A DNA stretch of 34,162 nucleotides. Origin: Escherichia coli (GTDB lineage Bacteria > Pseudomonadota > Gammaproteobacteria > Enterobacterales > Enterobacteriaceae). The notes beneath the pieces are model-generated. The model had not been told where the DNA came from. It did not search any database and worked only from the letters and a program-made list of their open reading frames with translations. This document shows positions 1 through 9,024 of this stretch, piece by piece. Position numbers and translations under genes: made by a program. Positions within the stretch are counted from its first letter, which is position 1; the number at the start of each line of letters is the position of its first letter. The stretch lies in the NCBI RefSeq assembly GCF_003334315.1, contig NZ_QOWR01000050.1; one strand, given 5' to 3'.

Positions 1-81
1 AAGTCGCTGTCGTTCTCAAAATCGGTGGAGCTGCATGACAAAGTCATCGGGCATTATCTGAACATAAAACACTATCAATAA
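1..81 (+). CDS. insB: IS1 transposase InsB, C-terminal 26 codons (5'-partial; runs off window start)
   Basis: Frame 1 from base 1 translates KSLSFSKSVELHDKVIGHYLNIKHYQ then TAA at 79-81, the InsB C-terminus. Confidence 0.85.
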   Translation, partial: KSLSFSKSVELHDKVIGHYLNIKHYQ

Positions 82-96
82 GTTGGAGTCATTACC
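1..96 (+). mobile_element. IS1 insertion sequence, 3'-terminal 96 bp (insB 3' end plus right terminal inverted repeat); element continues beyond window start
   Basis: Bases 1-96 read AAGTCGCTGTCGTTCTCAAAATCGGTGGAGCTGCATGACAAAGTCATCGGGCATTATCTGAACATAAAACACTATCAATAAGTTGGAGTCATTACC, which matches the IS1 right end as I recall it, ending in the terminal repeat ...GGAGTCATTACC at 85-96. Confidence 0.9.
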
Positions 97-901
97 CAGG
101 CTGGTAACCCAATTGCTGATCGGTCAACTCCAGAATCTCATTGTCAGGCATATATCTCGCCATACTTTCAATCGTTTGTTCATCATTGCTATTAATAAGT
201 TGTTTGCGTAGGTTAGCTGAAATTCCTTTAAGCCTTGGGAGAGTTCGGATTATGGCAAGATCAAATGTCGCAATATCTCGTCCTTCAAATGCAGCAACGT
301 TGCCTTCATCCAGCATTTGCAATTCCTGCACTAACTCAGGAGAAGGCTTAGGGCGAAACAGCGCTTCTTTTTTCATCTGATTACAGACATTCCCTGCCAT
401 GCGAATATTGCTTCGCTTAAAAATTTCTTTCAGAGCATCTTCATCATTTATTAGACCCCAATAATATGCATCAGGATTTATTATCATCAGCGCTTTTTTG
501 ACATTTTCAGTGTCATGTTTGTCACTCGCACGGACCATGAATTCACTATTTGTCGAAGACGCAACAACAGGTGCAATTATGTCATTGATAAATATCCCAC
601 GCGCATTAATACTCCCCTTAATCGTAGACGGATTATCGTAATATGAGTCGATAAATACCAGTCCACTTGCATTTATCGAACCGGTAATTAACAGTGGTGA
701 ATCCGCAACTATATTCGTTGCCGTCACGTTACCGAGAATAACCCATGGATTAGAAAGAGAGAAAGTGGAAATATTACCTTTGACTGTCAAATTCCCAAGA
801 ACAATCAATTTTTGATTACTCTCTATATTACCTTCTACCACTAAATCGCCACGATGCACTTTCCAGTTCGATGCAGATAAACCGAAGGGGACAAGATTCA
901 C
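92..901 (-). pseudogene. IS1-truncated ORF encoding an unrecognised repeat-rich (possibly beta-solenoid-like) protein, in the position K-12 ydbD occupies downstream of ydbC; 269 codons as drawn from a GTG at 899-901
   Basis: The ORF reads from 901 down to 97, and its TAA stop (92-94) lies inside the IS1 terminal repeat, so the coding sequence is cut by the insertion. There is no in-frame ATG before codon ~122 and no convincing ribosome-binding site at the GTG. An out-of-frame signal-peptide-like mini-ORF with a good site lies upstream (see findings). I do not recognise the protein by sequence; the assignment is by synteny only. Confidence 0.5.
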
Positions 902-1100
902 GCTACTGTTGATAGCTTGTTCAACTTGTTGTTTATCTTCAGCGGTAGCCGCAGAAAAAATTGTTCAATATCAACTGCATTTGCAACACATCGAAGTTCC
1001 GCCTATACTGGAAGACTCAGCATAAACAGGGGAAGTAAACCTATCCAGCCGCAAATCCTGGCCTTAAACATATGCACTCCATGCCATTAAAAAAGAAACA

Positions 1101-1124
1101 AAAGGGAAATGCATCTTTCCCTTT
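1101..1124 (-). terminator. Rho-independent terminator downstream of ydbC
   Basis: Inverted repeat AAAGGGAAA (1101-1109) / TTTCCCTTT (1116-1124) with a 6-nt loop; on the minus strand the hairpin is followed by a U-rich run (from the A-run at about 1088-1100). Confidence 0.6.
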
Positions 1125-1134
1125 TGTATATTCG

Positions 1135-1995
1135 TTATTCTCGCGAAATACCATCCAACGTAGACAACACTTCCTCAGAAAGTTGCAATTTTTCAGCAGC
1201 CATATTCTCCCGTAAATGCGCAACCGAAGACGTCCCTGGGATCAGCAAAATATTCGGTGAACGCTGTAACAGCCACGCCAGCGCCACCTGCATTGGTGTT
1301 GCACCCAGGCTCGCAGCAACATCGGAAAGTGTGGACGATTGCAGCGGTGTAAAGCCCCCGAGCGGGAAGAACGGCACGTAGGCAATGCCATCGTGGGCCA
1401 AAGCATCAATCATTGCATCATCAGCACGGTGCGCGATGTTGTATTCGTTTTGCACACAGACAATTTCGGCAATCTTGCGCGCCTCTGCAACCTGCGTCGG
1501 TGTGACGTTGCTCAGGCCAATATGTTTTACCAGGCCTTGTTGTTGCATCTCTGCCAGCACGGTCAGGCTGGCCTCAATCGATCCTTCCGCTGGGCCATGA
1601 CCATCCCCCATCATAACGCGCAGGTTAACCACATCCAGCACGTCCAGCCCGAGATTACGTAGATTATCGTGCACCGCTTTTTGCAGCTCTGCCGGAGAAA
1701 ATGCGGGCAACCAGGATGCGTCCTCTCCACGCCGCGCACCAATTTTAGTGACAATTGTCAGGTCGTCAGAGTAAGGATAAAGCGCTTCGCGGATAATCTG
1801 ATTGGTGACGTGCGGACCATAAAAGTCGCTGGTATCAATATGATTGACGCCCAATGCCAGCGCCTCACGCAGCACGGTTATAGCGACGTGGCGATCTCGT
1901 GGGGGGCCAAAAACTCCAGGACCTGCCAGTTGCATCGCGCCATAACCAAGACGGTTAACGGATTTTGTACCGAGAGTAAATGTGTTGCTGCTCAT
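1135..1995 (-). CDS. ydbC: Aldo/keto reductase family oxidoreductase YdbC (286 aa)
   Basis: 286-aa ORF starting MSSNTFTLGTKSVNRLGYGAMQLAGPG, typical of the aldo-keto reductase family; same length and position relative to paaY as K-12 ydbC. Confidence 0.8.
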   Translation of the reverse strand: MSSNTFTLGTKSVNRLGYGAMQLAGPGVFGPPRDRHVAITVLREALALGVNHIDTSDFYGPHVTNQIIREALYPYSDDLTIVTKIGARRGEDASWLPAFSPAELQKAVHDNLRNLGLDVLDVVNLRVMMGDGHGPAEGSIEASLTVLAEMQQQGLVKHIGLSNVTPTQVAEARKIAEIVCVQNEYNIAHRADDAMIDALAHDGIAYVPFFPLGGFTPLQSSTLSDVAASLGATPMQVALAWLLQRSPNILLIPGTSSVAHLRENMAAEKLQLSEEVLSTLDGISRE

Positions 1996-2125
1996 CGCAC
2001 CCTGCCCTGTAATAAAACGGATTAAGAAAAATCAGTATAGAAACGAAAAGAGATAAATAATGCGAAGGTGTAAACAAGATTACTGGATGAGTTGCTCTGT
2101 TATCCTGAAAGACACCAAAACAAAA

Positions 2126-2149
2126 CGCGTCAAGCGCCGCATCCGGCAA
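2126..2149. repeat. REP-like (repetitive extragenic palindrome) fragment
   Basis: Minus-strand reading GCCGGATGCGGCGCTTGACGCG shares its first 13 nt with the REP consensus GCCGGATGCGGCG... as I recall it; intergenic location between convergent/tandem genes. Confidence 0.35.
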
Positions 2150-2150
2150 T

Positions 2151-2181
2151 AAAAAAACCGCAACCTGTATCAGCGTTGCGG
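2151..2181 (-). terminator. Rho-independent terminator after paaY (end of the paa transcription unit)
   Basis: Stem CCGCAAC (2158-2164) / GTTGCGG (2175-2181); on the minus strand it is followed by U7 (the A7 run at 2151-2157). Lies 46 bp downstream of the paaY stop. Confidence 0.7.
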
Positions 2182-2226
2182 TTTAGGGATCACATGCTAA
2201 AAATTAGAACGTCCAGCATCAGGACG

Positions 2227-2817
2227 TTACTGTTTCGGTCGCAGATTCTCATCAAATACCAGGCGTTTCCTGCCAGGTTCAATTTCCCGCAATGGCTCGA
2301 CTTGATGTAACGTCTGCTTACAGCGTGTCACCAGCACCTGATACTCATGCGTACCCTGCTTTTTCCATGCCAGCTCCTGCTCACTAAGTTCACGAATCGC
2401 TTTCGCCGGGCTGCCGACAATCAGGTAATTAGCAGGCATTTCTGCTTTGGCTTTCACAAATGCGGATGCGCCAACAATGCTGTTCTCGCCAATCACCGCA
2501 CCGTCCATCACTACCGCGTTCATTCCCACTAATGCATTGCGGCGGATAATGCAGCCGTGAAGGATAGCGCTATGACCAATATGTCCATCTTCTTCAACGA
2601 CAGTATCCTGCTCGGGAAAACCGTGCATAACGCAATTATCCTGAATGTTCGCGCCATCTTTCACCACGATACGACCAAAATCGCCACGCAGACTGGCATT
2701 TGGCCCAACGTAAACGCCCTTGCCGAGAATAACATCGCCGATCAATACCGCTGTCGGATGGACAAAACTCTCTTCTGGCACAACCGGAGTCAGACCGTCT
2801 ATCTGATAAATTGGCAT
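2227..2817 (-). CDS. paaY: Phenylacetate degradation protein PaaY (hexapeptide-repeat, gamma-carbonic-anhydrase-like thioesterase), 196 aa
   Basis: 196-aa ORF with left-handed beta-helix hexapeptide repeats (…[29 protein letters not shown]…); overlaps the paaX 3' end by 19 nt; last gene of the paa cluster. Confidence 0.85.
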   Translation of the reverse strand: MPIYQIDGLTPVVPEESFVHPTAVLIGDVILGKGVYVGPNASLRGDFGRIVVKDGANIQDNCVMHGFPEQDTVVEEDGHIGHSAILHGCIIRRNALVGMNAVVMDGAVIGENSIVGASAFVKAKAEMPANYLIVGSPAKAIRELSEQELAWKKQGTHEYQVLVTRCKQTLHQVEPLREIEPGRKRLVFDENLRPKQ

Positions 2818-3749
2818 AACGCCTCCTGTTCAATATTCAAGCCGCCAAAACGTTGAAAATACAGGCTTCCCGGCGCAGGCAGTTCACCGACCGAGGTTTC
2901 ACCTTTTTCACTAACGAACGCTAAAGCAGCAGGCGCTACGCGCTGATAAATGTTGATACACAGCTGACGTGCCGTATGCCCTGCCCAGTGTGCCGGAAGC
3001 AACTCCTCCGGCAACAATGGGTCTTTAAGGACGACACGGCGATAAAAATGGATCAGTAAAAGCTGAATATGAAATGCCCGCTCCGGGGTTAACTCGTCTG
3101 CCGCCTCTTTTAACAGCGGCACCAGCGGGCGGAATGACTGAATAAAGGTTTCGTACATGGCATTTTGTTCAGTTAAATGCCAGCACTCTTCTACTCTGGC
3201 ACGCAGTGCTGCGCGAGAAAGCGCCAGTGGTATTTGCGCTTCAAAACAAATCACGTTATCCGCCACCCCCGCTTCATGCAAAAGTGCCTGTACATCGGCC
3301 AGTTTTTGCGACGGCGATGCCATCAGGCTGGGTGCCAGTGCGCCAAAACCTTGCCAGATCAACTGCTTTTTGACATCAGCCAGCGTCGTTTTATCTAAAC
3401 CTTCCGAGAGCAACAGGAGCCATTTACCATCCCATGCAGGTTGCTCTGCGCGATAAATTTTACTTTCTGCCCGTCGCGTCAGGCGCAAGCCTTTATCACT
3501 GAGGCTATAGAAACTGCGTCGCCCGATGCGGGAAACATCCAGCCAGCCTTCTTTATTAAGACGAAACAAAGCGGTGCGCACGAAACGCTCACCAAATCCC
3601 AGCCCTTCCAGCAAAGCAGCCAGACTACCCAACCAGATTTCACCACCACGATGGGAAAGCGAATCACCATACAGAGAGGAGATCAAAGATGTGCCACTGA
3701 CCGGAACAGCGTTTACAGCATGTTGGATAAAAGTATCAAGTTTACTCAT
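2799..3749 (-). CDS. paaX: Phenylacetyl-CoA-responsive transcriptional repressor PaaX, 316 aa
   Basis: 316-aa ORF ([31 protein letters not shown]…) immediately upstream of paaY and downstream of paaK, the position and length of PaaX. Confidence 0.85.
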   Translation of the reverse strand: MSKLDTFIQHAVNAVPVSGTSLISSLYGDSLSHRGGEIWLGSLAALLEGLGFGERFVRTALFRLNKEGWLDVSRIGRRSFYSLSDKGLRLTRRAESKIYRAEQPAWDGKWLLLLSEGLDKTTLADVKKQLIWQGFGALAPSLMASPSQKLADVQALLHEAGVADNVICFEAQIPLALSRAALRARVEECWHLTEQNAMYETFIQSFRPLVPLLKEAADELTPERAFHIQLLLIHFYRRVVLKDPLLPEELLPAHWAGHTARQLCINIYQRVAPAALAFVSEKGETSVGELPAPGSLYFQRFGGLNIEQEALCQFIR

Positions 3750-3810
3750 TCGCTTCAGTCTGTTGTTATTGTTGTGATTTATGAATCATAGCACAGGTCG
3801 TATCGACTTC

Positions 3811-3840
3811 TGGCCCTGGCGCTTTACCCCACCAGGGCCA
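3811..3840 (-). other. Stem-loop in the paaK-paaX intergenic region (9-bp stem, 12-nt loop, no U-tract)
   Basis: TGGCCCTGG (3811-3819) / CCAGGGCCA (3832-3840) are a perfect inverted repeat lying 10 nt after the paaK stop on the minus strand. Confidence 0.4.
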
Positions 3841-3849
3841 GACGATACG

Positions 3850-5163
3850 TCAGGCACCAACAATATTGCGCAGATCAAACACCCGACACGCCTTGCCTTC
3901 TGAACGCGGGATACTGCCACAGTTAACGATCATCACATCGGTAGAGATCCCCACCATCGACTTAATCCGATGGCGCAGCTGGTGGCATACCTGGCAACGC
4001 TGCTCATGCGTCAATGTCAGGCTACTTTCTTTCAACTCCACTTTCACAGAAAGTGAATCAAGATGCCCCCGGCGGTTCACCTCCAGTTGGTAATGCGGCG
4101 ATAAATGTTCGAATTTGACAATCTCTTCTTCCAGTTGTGACGGAAAGACATTTACACCGCGAATAATCAACATGTCATCGCTGCGTCCGCTGATGCGATC
4201 CATGCGGCGCATAGTCCGCGCCGTTCCTGGTAACAGTCGGGTTAAATCACGCGTGCGGTAACGAATGACCGGCAATGCTTCTTTGGTCAGCGTGGTGAAT
4301 AACAGTTCGCCATGTTCACCATCGGCAAGCGGTGTGCCGTCATGAGGATTAACAATTTCAGGATAGAAATGATCTTCCCAAATGGTTGGGCCGTCGGTAG
4401 TTTCCAGACACTCCATCGCCACCCCCGGCCCCATCACTTCTGACAGGCCATAAATATCCAGTGCGGTGATCCCCAGGCGACGCTCAATCTCTTTACGCAT
4501 GGCCTGTGTCCACGGCTCAGCACCAAATACTCCAACCCGCAGCGAGCAACCGCTGGCATCACCGCCCAACTGCCGCTCCAGCTCTTCAATCAGGTTAAGG
4601 CAATAAGATGGCGTAACCATGATCATATCTGGTTGAAAATCACGGATCAGTTGCGCTTGTTTTTCCGTCTGCCCGCCAGACATCGGGATCACCGTAGCGC
4701 CCAGACGTTCGGCACCATAGTGCGCACCCAGCCCACCAGTAAACAGGCCGTAACCATAGGCAACATGAATTTTGTCTTTGGGCGAGCCCCCTGCCGCACG
4801 CAAAGAACGCGCTACAATATTGGCCCAGTTATCAATATCGTTTTGCGTATAGCCGACAACTGTCGGTTTACCTGTGGTTCCCGAAGAAGCATGAATGCGC
4901 ACCACTTGTTCCATTGGCACGGCAAAGGTGTCAAAGGGATAGTTGTCGCGCAGATCCTGTTTGGTGGTACAGGGAAATTTACGCAGGTCTGAAAGTTCCC
5001 TGAAATCATCAGGATGTACGCCTGCTGCGTCGAATTTGCGCCGATACATCGGCACATTTTCATACGCGTGTTTGAGCGTCCATTTCAGACGCTGTGTTTG
5101 CAACGCCTGTAACTCATCAACAGACGCGGTTTCAATCGGGTCAAGCTTTGTATTGGTTATCAT
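3850..5163 (-). CDS. paaK: Phenylacetate-CoA ligase PaaK, 437 aa
   Basis: Adenylate-forming enzyme motif SSGTTGKPT is present. The track ORF (3850..5247) is over-extended; I trimmed it to the internal start MITNTKLDPIETASVDELQ, giving 437 aa. Confidence 0.85.
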   Translation of the reverse strand: MITNTKLDPIETASVDELQALQTQRLKWTLKHAYENVPMYRRKFDAAGVHPDDFRELSDLRKFPCTTKQDLRDNYPFDTFAVPMEQVVRIHASSGTTGKPTVVGYTQNDIDNWANIVARSLRAAGGSPKDKIHVAYGYGLFTGGLGAHYGAERLGATVIPMSGGQTEKQAQLIRDFQPDMIMVTPSYCLNLIEELERQLGGDASGCSLRVGVFGAEPWTQAMRKEIERRLGITALDIYGLSEVMGPGVAMECLETTDGPTIWEDHFYPEIVNPHDGTPLADGEHGELLFTTLTKEALPVIRYRTRDLTRLLPGTARTMRRMDRISGRSDDMLIIRGVNVFPSQLEEEIVKFEHLSPHYQLEVNRRGHLDSLSVKVELKESSLTLTHEQRCQVCHQLRHRIKSMVGISTDVMIVNCGSIPRSEGKACRVFDLRNIVGA

Positions 5164-5189
5164 TGTAGGGTACTCGCAGGTTGATATGC

Positions 5190-6395
5190 TCAAACACGCT
5201 CCAGAATCATGGCGATGCCCTGACCGACACCGATGCACATGGTGCACAATGCGTAACGACCGTTACGCCGATGCAGCTCATGGCTGGCAGCCAGTGCCAG
5301 GCGGGCACCACTCATTCCCAACGGATGGCCTAAGGCGATAGCGCCTCCGTTGGGGTTAACATGTGGGGCATCATCAGGCAGCCCCAATTCGCGTAGTACA
5401 CCCAACGCCTGGGCCGCGAACGCTTCGTTCAGTTCAATCACGTCCATATCGTGAATACTCAGCCCTGCGCGTTCCAGCACCCGGCGAGTTGCAGGCACCG
5501 GACCAAGTCCCATCAGGCGCGGTTCCACCCCGGCGGTTGCCATGGCTACGATACGCGCCCGCGGTGTCAGTCCTTGCGCTGCTGCCATCTGTTCACTGGC
5601 AATAATCAACGCAGCGGCTCCGTCATTCACCCCGGAAGCATTGCCTGCGGTAATCACCCCATTGGCACGAAATGGTGCTTTTAACCCACGTAACTGTTCC
5701 AGCGTCGTTTCCGGGCGCAGATGCTCATCATGTTGTATTTCTGTTACAACACCTTTCTTGTTTTTCAACACAACCGGAACAATCTCCTCAGCCAGAATGC
5801 CTGAGGATTGCGCTTTTGCCGTACGTTGCTGACTGCGTAGCGCAAAACTATCTTGATCTTCTCGTGAGATTTTTAACAGTTCAGCTACATTCTCTGCCGT
5901 TTCCGGCATGCTGTCAGTTCCAAATTGCTGAGCCATGAGCGGGTTCACAAATCGCCAGCCAATAGTGGTATCGAACATCTCAGCCTGACGAGAAAATGCA
6001 CTGGCTGCCTTGCCCATAACAAACGGTGCCCGTGACATTGACTCCACGCCACCGGCGATCAGCAAATCGCCATCGCCCGCTTTAATCGCCCGTGCGGCAA
6101 ACCCCAGTGCGTCCAGCCCGGAACCACACAAGCGGTTAATGGTTGTGCCGGAAACACTCTGCGGCAGCCCCGCCAGTAAAGTCGCCATCCGGGCTACGTT
6201 ACGGTTATCTTCTCCCGCCTGATTAGCACAGCCGAGGATCACATCATCGATACACTCCGCATCGAGACGCGGGTTTCGCACCAGCAGTTCCCGCAAAGGG
6301 ATAGCAGCCAGATCATCAGCCCGAACACTTGATAATGCCCCGCCGTAGCGACCAATTGGCGTACGAATTCCGTCACAAATAAAGGCTTCACGCAT
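5190..6395 (-). CDS. paaJ: 3-oxoadipyl-CoA / 3-oxo-5,6-dehydrosuberyl-CoA thiolase PaaJ, 401 aa
   Basis: Thiolase fold with active-site Cys region [10 protein letters not shown] and C-terminal CIGVGQG; start codon overlaps the paaI stop (ATGA). Confidence 0.9.
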   Translation of the reverse strand: MREAFICDGIRTPIGRYGGALSSVRADDLAAIPLRELLVRNPRLDAECIDDVILGCANQAGEDNRNVARMATLLAGLPQSVSGTTINRLCGSGLDALGFAARAIKAGDGDLLIAGGVESMSRAPFVMGKAASAFSRQAEMFDTTIGWRFVNPLMAQQFGTDSMPETAENVAELLKISREDQDSFALRSQQRTAKAQSSGILAEEIVPVVLKNKKGVVTEIQHDEHLRPETTLEQLRGLKAPFRANGVITAGNASGVNDGAAALIIASEQMAAAQGLTPRARIVAMATAGVEPRLMGLGPVPATRRVLERAGLSIHDMDVIELNEAFAAQALGVLRELGLPDDAPHVNPNGGAIALGHPLGMSGARLALAASHELHRRNGRYALCTMCIGVGQGIAMILERV

Positions 6396-6817
6396 CAGGC
6401 TTCTCCTGTAATGGTGCCGCCGATGCGGTGAGATTTACCGCGAAACAGCGCAACCGTTTTTTGTTGTTGGTTAACAATTTCGATGTCGTAAACACCGGTT
6501 TGCTTGCCCTGATGACGTACCTGCGCAGTAGCAGTTAAGGTGTCTCCGGCAAAGCCTGGACGCAAAAAATCAATCGTGCAGGCAGAAGCGACGGCTGCCA
6601 GCCCCTGGCTATTGCAGGCGTAGGCAAAGGCAGTATCAGCCAGTGAAAATAGCTGCCCGCCGTGGCAACTTTGATGACCGTTAAGCATTTGTGCAGTGAC
6701 GGTCATGGTCACTACAGCAAAGCCTTCATCCATTGAGATAATGTCGATGCCAAGCGCTTTGGCGCAGGCATCGTTCTCATACATTGCATGGGCATTTTGC
6801 CAGGCCTTATGACTCAT
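6395..6817 (-). CDS. paaI: Hotdog-fold acyl-CoA thioesterase PaaI, 140 aa
   Basis: Track ORF trimmed to the internal start MSHKAWQNAHAMYENDACAKALGIDI (140 aa); overlaps the paaH 3' end by 11 nt. Confidence 0.8.
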   Translation of the reverse strand: MSHKAWQNAHAMYENDACAKALGIDIISMDEGFAVVTMTVTAQMLNGHQSCHGGQLFSLADTAFAYACNSQGLAAVASACTIDFLRPGFAGDTLTATAQVRHQGKQTGVYDIEIVNQQQKTVALFRGKSHRIGGTITGEA

Positions 6818-8234
6818 AACCGCTCTCCAGAAGCGCCCGTTGGCGCAGCAATGAACATGGGCGATAGCGTTCTTCGCCATAGTGATGCTGTAGATTTTCA
6901 AGGAGCCTTAATATTCGCTGCCAGCCAAGTTGCGCTCCCCAGGCAAGTGGGCCATATGGATAATTCACCCCAAGACGCATGGCGGTATCGATATCCTGTT
7001 CAGAGGCCACGCCTTTTTGAAGCGCATCAAGGGCTTCATTGATGATCATTGCTACCGTTCGCCAAATCAGCATTCCTGGGTAATCTGCAATTTGCAGCAC
7101 TGTTTTGCCCTGCTGTTGCAGGTAATAAATGGCCTTGCGGGTCGCTGAGTCCGGGTTCACCGCTGCAGCAGCAATGGTCACCACCTTGCCCGCCATTTTA
7201 TCGATCACTACCACCGGGCGTGCCAGTCGTATTGCCAGCGCCTGTGCCGTCTCGCCTTGTGTCTCAATCAATAAAACATCGTCAATTTCCGTGACACCGT
7301 CACTTTTCTTTTCTACTTTCATTGGGCTAAAACTGTCGCTTACCGCTTCCAGGCCAACAACTGCCTCACGTTCCGCGCGCCAGTCGTACACGCCCAGCCC
7401 ACTTTTCTTGCCCAACCGTCCACCAATCACCAGTTCCTGTTGCACCAGCGAAGGTAAAAAACGACGCTCCTGCCAGAAAGCGTTAAACACCGAACAGGTG
7501 ACAGCAAAATTGACGTCCTGACCAATCAGATCGGTTAATTCCAGCGGCCCCATCGGGAAACCAGCGCCATCGCGAAGTGCAGCGTCAATCACTTCTGGTG
7601 CAGCAACCTGCTCTTCCAGTGCCCGCCAGGCCTCGGAATAATAAGGACGCGCAACACGGTTAACGATAAATCCAGGAGTCGAATGACAGCGCACAGGCTG
7701 CTTACCCCAACTCAACGTTAGTTCACACAACTGCTCAACAACTTCCGCCGCCGTTGCCAGCCCACTGACCACCTCCACCAACTTCATCACCGGTGCCGGG
7801 TTAAAAAAATGCAGCCCCGCAACACGTTCAGGATTTTTTATCTCCGCAGCAATCGCGGTTATAGAGATTGACGAAGTGTTAGTGGTCAATAGCGTTTGTG
7901 GCGGGCAAACTTCCGCCAGCTGTGCAAAGAGCGCTTTTTTGACTTCCAGACGTTCAGACGCCGCTTCAATGACCAGGTCCGCAGCTGCCAGCGCGTGAAT
8001 ATCGGTCACCGGGATCAGGCGTTTCAATGTGCGTTCACAGGTTTCAGCAGTCAGTTTTCCCCGCGTCACGCGTGAATTTAGCCGCGCGTGTATCCCGTCG
8101 ATTGCGCGGGTCAGCGCTTCAGCAGAAATGTCATACAGTAAAACCTGGTGTCCATGACTGGCAGCAACTTCAGCAATGCCTGCCCCCATGGTGCCGCTCC
8201 CAATCACTGCCACAGTTTGCACATTTATCATCAT
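6807..8234 (-). CDS. paaH: 3-hydroxyadipyl-CoA dehydrogenase PaaH, 475 aa
   Basis: N-terminal Rossmann motif VAVIGSGTMGAGIA; track ORF trimmed to MMINVQT so it no longer overlaps paaG (475 aa). Confidence 0.85.
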   Translation of the reverse strand: MMINVQTVAVIGSGTMGAGIAEVAASHGHQVLLYDISAEALTRAIDGIHARLNSRVTRGKLTAETCERTLKRLIPVTDIHALAAADLVIEAASERLEVKKALFAQLAEVCPPQTLLTTNTSSISITAIAAEIKNPERVAGLHFFNPAPVMKLVEVVSGLATAAEVVEQLCELTLSWGKQPVRCHSTPGFIVNRVARPYYSEAWRALEEQVAAPEVIDAALRDGAGFPMGPLELTDLIGQDVNFAVTCSVFNAFWQERRFLPSLVQQELVIGGRLGKKSGLGVYDWRAEREAVVGLEAVSDSFSPMKVEKKSDGVTEIDDVLLIETQGETAQALAIRLARPVVVIDKMAGKVVTIAAAAVNPDSATRKAIYYLQQQGKTVLQIADYPGMLIWRTVAMIINEALDALQKGVASEQDIDTAMRLGVNYPYGPLAWGAQLGWQRILRLLENLQHHYGEERYRPCSLLRQRALLESGYES

Positions 8235-8235
8235 G

Positions 8236-9024
8236 CTATTTCCCCGTGAACTGCGGTGAGCGTTTAGCCAGGAACGCACTGACACCTTCACGATAATCTG
8301 CGCTCCGTCCGGCAAGTCGCTGATAGTCACGTTCCAGATCCAGTTGCGTATCGAGCGTATTGGTTTCAGCGCTATTTATCGCTTGCTTGATAAGTCCAAG
8401 ACCAAATGTCGGTTGTGTCGCCAGATGCCGTGCCAGCTGTTGCGCGGTATCTGCCAGCGTTTCATCATCAACAACCTGCCAGATCATCCCCCATTCGTGC
8501 GCCTGTTCAGCACTCAGTTGATTCCCCAGCAGTGCCAGCCCCATGGCGCGCGCTCGTCCGGCAACGCGTGGCAGTAACCAGGTTCCACCGCAATCGGGTA
8601 TTAAGCCTAACTTACTAAACGCCATGACGAATTTTGCTGAACGGGCAGCAATAACGATGTCGCCCCCCAGTGCCAGTGTTGCGCCTGCCCCTGCCGCCAC
8701 GCCATTGACTGCACAGATCACCGGTTTTGGCAGTTTTGCCAGGCGACGTACCAGTGGGTTATAGAAACGTTCAACTGACATCCCTAAATCCGGTGCGGGG
8801 CCTGTGGGATCAACGTTACGATCGTTAAGATCCTGACCAGCACAAAATCCGCGCCCGGCACCTGTAAGTAACAGGCAACGGATAGTGTCGTCGCGCTCGA
8901 CCTGTTTCAGGCACTCTGCCAGTTGTGCGTGCATCTCATCATTAAAACTGTTCAGGCGTTCCGGGCGGTTGAGCGTTAGTGTCATCACGCCCTTTTCTAC
9001 ATGACTGAGGATGAATTCCATCAT
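8236..9024 (-). CDS. paaG: 1,2-epoxyphenylacetyl-CoA isomerase PaaG (crotonase fold), 262 aa
   Basis: 262-aa enoyl-CoA hydratase/isomerase-family protein; start overlaps the paaF stop (ATGA). Confidence 0.85.
   Translation of the reverse strand: MMEFILSHVEKGVMTLTLNRPERLNSFNDEMHAQLAECLKQVERDDTIRCLLLTGAGRGFCAGQDLNDRNVDPTGPAPDLGMSVERFYNPLVRRLAKLPKPVICAVNGVAAGAGATLALGGDIVIAARSAKFVMAFSKLGLIPDCGGTWLLPRVAGRARAMGLALLGNQLSAEQAHEWGMIWQVVDDETLADTAQQLARHLATQPTFGLGLIKQAINSAETNTLDTQLDLERDYQRLAGRSADYREGVSAFLAKRSPQFTGK

Noticed and set aside
902-1134. Possibility that the signal-peptide mini-ORF (1003..1071, minus) is an independent leader peptide gene
   Set aside because: Its frame continues in protein-like sequence up to the A6 tract and then matches the downstream ORF after a 1-nt shift, so a degraded N-terminus of the same gene is the simpler explanation. 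Left in findings rather than annotated as a separate CDS.
1339-2025. Plus-strand ORFs of 107-118 aa antisense to ydbC (also 1385..1600)
   Set aside because: They lie entirely inside the well-supported ydbC coding region on the opposite strand and have low-complexity, Cys/Arg-rich composition typical of antisense artefacts.
3850-5247. Track ORFs with long N-terminal extensions (paaK 465 aa, paaH 507 aa, paaI 168 aa, paaE 426 aa, tynA 769 aa, uspF 168 aa, ydbL 135 aa, hslJ 144 aa, ynaE 88 aa)
   Set aside because: The extensions start at upstream GTG/TTG/ATG codons with no ribosome-binding site, overlap the preceding gene, and give proteins longer than the family norm. Internal ATG starts with a ribosome-binding site or tight coupling to the upstream stop were used instead.
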